DNA of 64,000 nt from Narcine bancroftii (taxonomy: Eukaryota): positions 155,124,001-155,188,000 of the forward strand of contig NC_091470.1 of NCBI RefSeq assembly GCF_036971445.1, read 5' to 3'. How positions within the stretch are numbered: the stretch's first letter is position 1; every line of letters starts with the position of its first letter. Of the stretch, positions 56,011-64,000 are shown one piece after another. A program made the position numbers and the translations under genes. Under the pieces are notes generated by a model. The model did no database searches, had not been told where the DNA came from, and saw nothing but the letters and a program-made list of their open reading frames with translations.

Positions 56011-56145
56011 AAAAAAAATTGCTTAATCTATTGACATCTTTGTAAATTTATTTTAAAAATGGCCCTGATCAGTCCACACGTCAATTCCTATTCGTCTTCT
56101 CAAGCAGTGGGCGAGGGGCATTGCATTTGCCCTTACTGTTGCCAC

Positions 56146-56832
56146 TGTTAGAAATTAAAGTACCTTTAAAGAAATTGCTCGAGACAAAAATTGAGAACAA
56201 AGAACATTTATTACTACAACAATGCAAAGTTGGGTGCTTCCCCTTACCCTGGGAATACACACACATACTGGGGCTCACCCAACTTTTATACAGTCAATTT
56301 CAGTATCAGAGTGCCCTCCCCCTTACATTCTTCTGCCCCCTGGATGGGTTTGGCATAGGTAATCCTTCCTGCCTACGTGCAGTTTCAGTACACTTGGAGG
56401 ACCAGGGGGTATCCTGTGGGTGCCCCATCATGTCATTGTCCTTATTCACACCTTCCTAATTCTCGGGGCTACAATCTCTTGGTATGCGGAGTTGACTCAT
56501 TCTATCTAGGGTTGGCTAATTTCATATGTATAAATCTGTGTATGGTTAGCTAATTAGATATGTAGGATTTGGTACTTCTGTCCAGGGCTAGGAGACCTTT
56601 ATCTGATCCAGACTACCTCAACTTCCTACATTCTATTGTACCTTACCATTCCTTTTCTTAGTCTTATGGTCTTGTCACGAAGACTAGAAGATTCTTATGT
56701 TAATCGTGCTGATTCTGCTTTCCTGCATCCTAACCCCAAGCTTATCCTGTTTGTACTGGTTACAGCCATTAACTGATGAACTTTAGTTTCTTCCATGTTC
56801 ATAATTTTAGATCAATTTTCCCATCTCTCACA
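56146..56832 (-). mobile_element. Solo LTR (687 bp)
   Basis: TGT...ACA termini and a 4-bp TSD CCAC (56142-56145 and 56833-56836). On the minus strand TATAAAA (56284-56290) precedes AATAAA (56207-56212) in U3-R-U5 order. Confidence 0.7.
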
Positions 56833-57199
56833 CCACGTTCCGTAAAGGAATGAAAACACACACAAGACTGTTCACTGTACAGAGGTTGCACAGATAAACA
56901 CACACTGTAAATATTTAAAATTATGAAGGGTATTGAATAGTTGGTTGTATCTTTGGCCGAGGAACCAAAAGCTCGGTGTTAGAATAAGACATGGGTCATT
57001 TACGACTAAGAACCGGGCACATTGCTTTTAAAGGGTTAAACATTCTGGGGTGGGGAGTCCGAGTTGAAAATTTTATTGTGAATCAAAAGATGGAGGGAAT
57101 GGCGTGGGACTCTGACACTGTGCTAGGTCAAATCTAGAATCCCATTGCTACTCCCTTTATTTGGGTTGCTTTATAAATCCAAATCCCTTGCTCAGTTAG

Positions 57200-57480
57200 G
57201 GTTTGTCTGATCACTCTGCTGCGAGCCCAGGAGCAGAGATTGGTGGGAGCTGGCCGCAGCTTCAATCCGGAGCATGCCTTTCCTGCCGTCTCGCTTTCGC
57301 GCTGGTGTTTCAGCGGAACAAGATCAACGCTGCCGCCCGCGCGGGGAGAGGCTGCCTGGTTCCGGGTTCGAACGCTCCGGCCGCTGCTGTCGCAAACCTC
57401 ACAGGCAACATCGCGACACTTCCGGGTGAATCTCACCAAAAATCGGTCAATCCCGCAGACGGCAGTGGCTGGTTGAGGGT
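57200..57480 (+). promoter_or_regulatory. KIAA2013: Probable KIAA2013 CpG-rich promoter / non-coding exon
   Basis: Local CpG cluster about 500-750 bp upstream of the ATG, with an ETS motif CACTTCCGGG at about 57416-57425. Confidence 0.5.
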
Positions 57481-57986
57481 GGCAGGAGGAAGAGTGAAAA
57501 TAAATATCATGAGATGGGAAATAGAATGGCCTCCCAGAGGCAGCTCAAACAACACGAAGTAAGGAGGGAGTAGATGCGACTGAGATAGTGGAAGAAACCG
57601 TGTAACGATGAGATGGGGACCTACTAGACTGGAATTGATCCAGGAAGAGGGAGGTCAGAGTAAATAGTACATGGAGAAAAAGCAAACATTCTATGCGATA
57701 GAGGGTGATAGATCAGGGTTTAAAATCGCAGTAAGTAGAAGTGACCACTTAATTGGTTTTAAAAGGGGATGGTAATACTGTGGTGTCCTTGAAGTCGAGG
57801 GGTGTGATTACAATTCAAAATAGGAAGACAAAAAAAAATAGCTGACCTAATGTATTTTTCAAATGTACTGTTCTCTCTCGAGAGCTGACAGTCACAAAAA
57901 TATTACAGAGGCTCTGCTGGGCACCTGACAGTTCTGATTCGAGGCGAGAAGGGGTAGGGCAAAGGGAAGGAACTGGCGGACAGAAG

Positions 57987-58953
57987 ATGTGGTTACAACA
58001 GCGTTTGAAGGGGTTACCGATGCTGCTGTCGAGCAGTTGGGCGAGGAGAGTGCTGGCAGGTGTGGGGATCCTGCTCCTCTTTTACTGGTACCTGACTCCA
58101 GAAGGTGGATTCAAGCTGTTCCCTGGTTCAGCAGATTCCAGGACAGTCACAGACAGTTGTCTTCAGATAGAAACCCAACGATGGAAGTCAGCTGTAGACC
58201 ACAGCAACGCTTTGATGAGTCGTATCGTTGGAGGTAGTGCAGGGCGGTTATCAGGGCCAGCTGTGGTGGGCAACGGGTATTTAATTGTGGATGCTCTCTC
58301 TAATCAACTTTGGGTGGCATCACCTCCTGCCTCAGGCCTTGCCACTATCCACCTGACAGACTATGTACCTCTGGTAACTCTAACACCACTTGGAGTCCGT
58401 TCAGTATCCAGAGCTGCACTTGTCCACTTCCAGGAGGGAGTGATTTACCTGCTGCAGTGCACTCAGATTGGGTCGTCACACAAGACCCGAGAGTGCGTCA
58501 CTCTTCGTGAAGATGTGGTTGTGCATCGGAGCAGGCCCCACCTGATCCTGCAGAAGATTTACATCTCCAACCCCAGTGACAGAGTGTCAGTCTTCGAAGT
58601 CAACAAGTCACCCATCGTTGGAAACAAATTCTCCTCCAGCCTGGAGAAACAGAATGACCAGGAATTTGTCCTCTTGGCAGGGAGGGCACTGACGGAGAAA
58701 AGAGAGACCATTCTTGTGGTTGTGGCTACAGAAAAAATGTCAACCAAGCTTCAGGTGGCTGCAAAATCTGATTTCACAGAACACGTGATATCAGTGGTTT
58801 ACACCCTTGAGTTGATGGATTTATCAAAGGTGGAAGAATCATTCAGTAAACTGAGGAAAGCGGCAAAGGCAGAAATGTCTGATCTGCTGAAATTGGGAGC
58901 TGAAGAACTCCGCAGAGAGCATCAGAAGGTGTGGGGCGATTTAATAAACTCAG
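57987..58953 (+). CDS. KIAA2013: KIAA2013 (DUF2152 membrane protein) coding exon 1
   Basis: Diagnostic N-terminus MWLQQRLKGLP.LLSSSWARR followed by a hydrophobic TM segment. Donor TCAG|gtaggc at 58953/58954 is phase 1 and joins the acceptor at 60334 in frame. Confidence 0.93.
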
Positions 58954-60333
58954 GTAGGCCACAATACATGGATGGAAATGGGCTCCTTTATGACAGTTCA
59001 TTGCTCATTTTGCATAAGACTAGGAGTATAACATTGCCACCCTTTCGAAGAAAGAAAATACTTATGAGAAAAGGGCCCAGTTATAACCACGTCTGAGGAT
59101 GCTATTCCATCTCTTCTCTCATTAGTTTATCTTCTCCAGAAACCACGGCCCTTTTACCCTCCATAATTTTTGATACAGCTGGTTTGTTCCTGTATTTCCA
59201 TTAATGGTGAATTGGGCCTTCAACAACACTAATAACCTTTATCCAGTTAAGGCAATCCTCTGACAGTCCATTCACTTTGGTTATATTAAAAGGAACAGTT
59301 CAAAATGCAATGCTCATTTCTTACATTTTTTGTTCCAATGTAAGCTGAAGAGATTTAACTCTATTGAGGTTTCAATTGGTGCAAAGATGTGGAGATTGGA
59401 ACCCAATGCCTGGACTTCTGCTCCACACTTTCCTCATCAACCAGCCTGTAGCCTCTCATATCCCTCATCCTCCTTTCCCCTGAAAGACTGATTACCTTCT
59501 GCGCCCCAGGCATCTTCATTTTCCAAAGTTGACATGAGGGACCCACATTTGCTGACACTGTGCCTTTGGCCTGCAACCCCTCTCAGTAAATGTCATTCAT
59601 GATGGCCACACGGTTAGTGTAGCAGTTAGTGCAACGATGTTATAGCACCAGCGATCAGGACTGGGGTTTGAGTTTATATATTCTCCCCAAGTCTGCATGG
59701 GTTTCCTCCAGGTGCTCTGGCTTACTTCCACCATTCAAAAGTACTCGGGTTGTAGGTCAATTAGGTGGCATGGGCTCGTGGGCCATAAGGGCTTGTTACC
59801 ATGCTATATGACTAATTTTTTTTTAAATTAAAAAATACAGTAGGTTTAAATCAGCATCACTTCCAGCTTGCAAAATTCAACTGGATCAATTCAAACATGT
59901 CACCACATTCAGGCCCCTGGCCATTCTGCAGGTGATGGGACAGTTCCCTTCTTACAAAATAGCAAGAGAGACTCTAAAGTCTTGCAGTTAGAGCCCGTTA
60001 TTTCGGGTTGCTTGAGGTGGAGTTAAAGTGGTATATTTCTGAACAGACCAAAACCCAAGTGCTGGCATATACCTTGCATTGGTGCAACCTGGAATTAGGG
60101 CTTCAACATACTTTCTCTTTCCACTATTCTCTGCCCCTTTCCTGCCATTCTTTTTCAACCACCCCTTGTTTCCCCCAACACTCTCTCTCATCTTTCTTGC
60201 TTCCTTTAGACTGGACTATTCTTCCTGCCTAAGGACCTTAGCTTCTGCAGTAGTCAGAGTACCTATTCCGTGTGTGATGAGGCTGGTAGAGTTTACCGAG
60301 ATACCAGTGGTGAGTTGCATGTTTCTGTTGCAG

Positions 60334-61193
60334 GTGTGGAGATAAAGAAGATTACAGACTCGCACACCCCATCCAGTGTGATTGTGAACAGCACACTCTT
60401 CTACATTCTTTCCACTTCGTCAGCTCCTCTGCTGGACCTGCAGAACGGAGCAGAAGAACGTGAGAAGTTGGAAGAAAGCCTGAATTATGCTGATCACTGT
60501 TTCAGCGGCCATGCCACAATGCACGCAAAGAACCTGTGGCCCGAGCAGATCACCGATGTCACACACTTGTTGCAGCTGTCCAACCTGTGGAGGCTCACCT
60601 TGCAGAAACGGGGCTGCAAGAGCCTGGAAGTAGCTGGAGCCCATGGCATGATGCAAGGCATGGTGATGAGTTTTGGGGGACTCCAGTTTACTGAAAACCA
60701 CCTCCAGTTCCAGGCAGATCCCTCCGTTCTGCACAATAGCTATTTGCTGCGAGGAATTCACTATAACAAGGATCTGATCAACCTGGCTGTGTTACTGGAC
60801 CCAGATGACAAGCCTTTCCTTCATGTCTCGGTCAAACCTCAGGAGAGGCAGGTCAAACTCTATGGCTGCGAGGCAGGCTGTATGAACGACCCAGTGGAAC
60901 TGACTGCTGAACTCAAGGGTCACGTATTTCCTGTCATGGTAACACGGCCCATCACTCCATTGTTGTACATCTCAACTGATTTGACTCACTTGCAAGCACT
61001 GAGGCACACACTGCACCTGAAGGCAATCCTTGCCCATGAGGATCACATGGCTGAACAATATCCTGGCCTTCCCTTTGTCTTCTGGTTCAGCGTGGCTTCA
61101 CTCATCACCTTGTTCCACCTCTTCCTCTTCAAGCTCATCTACAATGAATATTGCGGCCCAGGTGCCAAGCCTATATTCAGGAGTAAGGTATAA
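60334..61193 (+). CDS. KIAA2013: KIAA2013 coding exon 2
   Basis: Acceptor tttctgttgcag|GT. Encodes LNYADHCFSGHATMHA, FGGLQFTENHLQF, GLPFVFWFSVASLITLFHLFLFKLIYNEYCGPGAKPIFRSK. It ends either at the stop at 61191-61193 (RSKV*) or at a donor AAG|gtataa after 61187, with a short last exon I could not locate. Confidence 0.92.
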
Positions 61194-62463
61194 ATCTTCC
61201 GCGGGAACCCTCTCTCTGTTTGCTCACTAGGAGCAGTCCAAACCTTGCAATCTTTCTCTGAGATAGGGTTACCTGTGGGTCTCTGGTGCTAAAAGGTACT
61301 TGTTTCATTCTCTGGCGACGTCTTTTACCTTTTTCATCAGCACAGTTATCCTGATTCAAAGTGAAAATCATAGTTCCTGATGAATAACATGTATCAGCTT
61401 TAATAGTTTGCTGTACAGACTTTAGATTAAATGAGATCTGAGCTTGTTTTGCTGCAAGTTAGAGTGCCAAGTCCTCAGCAGCATATACTGAGAAATAAGC
61501 CAACATTGATCACAGGATACAGTAGCTTTATTCCAGCTCATTCTTCTGAGTGTTTGTGGTGTATTCACAGTATCTCTTCTTAAAAGAAGTTATTTGCCGA
61601 TTTTTGTATGCTAGGAGGGGGAAGACAGAGCAAGATATTTCAAGCCTGAATCTGTGCCTGTCCTGCAACACCAGTCTGTCTCATTGGGTAGACAGAGTCC
61701 CTGTGGATACAATGTGAGTGTTCACTGGGTCCTGGGTAAAAGATAGAGAGGAGGATCTCAATAGGTCCAGAATTATAGAGCAGATCCCAATGGCCCATGT
61801 AACAGGGAGCAGAGCTCACTGGATCCATCAGATCCAGTGAGGGGTTTCAGCATGATCTAATGGTGCAGTGTTTCATCTTGGTATTTCCAAAGATGTGGAG
61901 CAGAGTCTCTGTGGAGTGTAAAATTGAATAATATAAATTGGAATGTAAACTCCCATTTAATAAATGTCAACAAATTCCTTAGAGTAAAGTTGTTCTTTTT
62001 CATTTGAACATGCAAATTTTTAGAGCACTGAGAATCTTGTCATCATTTCCTGTAGAAGGGCAAACTGCCCTGTGTTGCTGCCCCTCTTTTTTGTAAGAAT
62101 ACTAAGCACTGTGAAGTATCCATTATTAATGCTAATACCTCACACTTGTTCCATAAATTTACCCTGTTCAATTGCTGGAAATAGATTGGCATTTAAACCA
62201 GTAATTAATTAATCAGAAGGTTGTTAATTACGCTTATTGTCTTGAATTTAGTTGGTGCCCAAGTATAGTTTGCCAAAATGGATGATGGACTGGTCCAGCA
62301 GCCATTCATTCGTATCCCATTGTCCATGCTGTGGGGACGAAGTTTGATTATGTCCTGGGAAACATTGACTCTGTACTCTTGGTATCGGATTCAAGAATTG
62401 GGTGTAAAAGAAATGAAGAAAGCCCAGGTTGCATAAACAGTGAACTGTGGACGCCCACTGTGG

Positions 62464-63242
62464 ACGCCCACTCTCAACGCCCACTCTCAACGCCCACTCT
62501 CAACGCCCACTCTCAACGCCCACTCTCAACGCCCACTCTCAACGCCCACTCTCAACGCCCACTCTCAACGCCCACTCTCAACGCCCACTCTCAACGCCCA
62601 CTCTCAACGCCCACTCTCAACGCCCACTCTCAACGCCCACTCTCAACGCCCACTCTCAACGCCCACTCTCAACGCCCACTCTCAACGCCCACTCTCAACG
62701 CCCACTCTCAACGCCCACTCTCAACGCCCACTCTCAACGCCCACTCTCAACGCCCACTCTCAACGCCCACTCTCAACGCCCACTCTCAACGCCCACTCTC
62801 AACGCCCACTCTCAACGCCCACTCTCAACGCCCACTCTCAACGCCCACTCTCAACGCCCACTCTCAACGCCCACTCTCAACGCCCACTCTCAACGCCCAC
62901 TCTCAACGCCCACTCTCAACGCCCACTCTCAACGCCCACTCTCAACGCCCACTCTCAACGCCCACTCTCAACGCCCACTCTCAACGCCCACTCTCAACGC
63001 CCACTCTCAACGCCCACTCTCAACGCCCACTCTCAACGCCCACTCTCAACGCCCACTCTCAACGCCCACTCTCAACGCCCACTCTCAACGCCCACTCTCA
63101 ACGCCCACTCTCAACGCCCACTCTCAACGCCCACTCTCAACGCCCACTCTCAACGCCCACTCTCAACGCCCACTCTCAACGCCCACTCTCAACGCCCACT
63201 CTCAACGCCCACTCTCAACGCCCACTCTCAACGCCCACTCTC
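62464..63242. repeat. Perfect 13-bp minisatellite (ACGCCCACTCTCA) x ~60
   Basis: Uninterrupted tandem array preceded by a variant unit ACGCCCACTGTGG (62451-62463). Confidence 0.97.
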
Positions 63243-64000
63243 CGTCCTTAGTCAGCTCTGCTCTTTTAGTTCTCTTGGCTTGCTCTTTGGTAAATTTTAA
63301 TCCAAGTTGTTTGTATGCCAATTTAGGGAGACAATCAGAAGGGAGTTTTATGCTTGAAACTCTCAATCTCACCTGCTCATTTTTTAAAAAAAAGGCGTAT
63401 TTACCTTTTATGCTGATGACCGAAAATGCAGATTGCATGATGGTTTCATTCAGGGGTGATTCTCAAGCCAGCTTCCGAAGCTGACGGAGGTGGGGCCAGG
63501 AGTGCAGTAGTGCCATCTGCCACCATGATGTCAAACATAGTGCCAGGAAGGGAAAGCAGCCTATAATCAAAATGGCAACTGCAAGAGCAGGTGCGAGCAC
63601 CAGTGAAGATCTGTGCAAGCAGTCTTAGGACTCAGGCAGATCTTCTGTGCAACGTAATCGCCTTTTTTGGCCATATGGGTTATTTGAAATTTATGCTCCT
63701 GGGGCGTGGGCTGACAGCATCACAGTGACATCATCAGCCCTCCCCTTTGGAGCCATATTCAGCGGTGATCCTTTTACAGAGAAGGTGAAGCGACTTCGCT
63801 CCACCTCTGACACTAGGCCCCTAGGCAGAGGGAACGAGGAGGAAGTTGGTCCAGCCATTCTTCCTTTGGGCCTTTTATGGAGGTAAGTGGTACAATTTAA
63901 AGGAAGAGAAAATCTGTCTTTACAAATAGCTAATTTTTAACTATAAAAGGGCCCAGAGAGAGAGTTTATTTTGTTCACCTTCCACTGCTTTGCTTGCACT

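Noticed and set aside
58954-59096. C-terminal part of the 369-aa KIAA2013 ORF
   Set aside because: Intron read-through past the donor at 58953/58954. Homology continues at 60334. The start of the 60270 ORF is likewise intronic.
62331-63484. Three long ORFs (306, 286 and 345 aa) of repeating NAHSQRPLSTPTL, and a superficial CRISPR-like look
   Set aside because: These are translations of a stop-free 13-bp tandem repeat in all frames. There are no unique spacers and no cas genes, and the context is vertebrate.

Overview
This is vertebrate genomic DNA, not prokaryotic. The repeat landscape suggests a cartilaginous fish (ray or shark), which is an inference. The window holds the conserved syntenic block KIAA2013 (+), PLOD1 (-), MFN2 (-), in the same order and relative orientation as human 1p36.22. 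I reconstructed all coding exons by hand from GT-AG boundaries. MFN2 has 17 coding exons (757 aa), PLOD1 has 19 exons (741 aa) and KIAA2013 has two large coding exons. Introns are filled with LINE fragments (L1/Tx1, CR1, Rex1-like, RTE, Penelope-like), SINEs, hAT and Tigger-type MITEs and solo LTRs. The main surprise is that the PLOD1 exon encoding the Fe(II)-binding HxD motif is present twice in tandem (29389-29514 and 29014-29139). Both copies are 126 nt, phase 0, spliceable and catalytically intact, and they have diverged mostly at synonymous sites. This points to mutually exclusive splicing that swaps the lysyl hydroxylase active site. Candidate regulatory elements lie nearby: an intronic complement to the first copy's 3' splice site, RBFOX motifs and a long inverted repeat. 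Other oddities are an LH3-like glycosyltransferase signature in this PLOD1, a LINE inserted into a splice donor, a young L1 with a 14-bp TSD, and a perfect ~60-copy 13-mer minisatellite.
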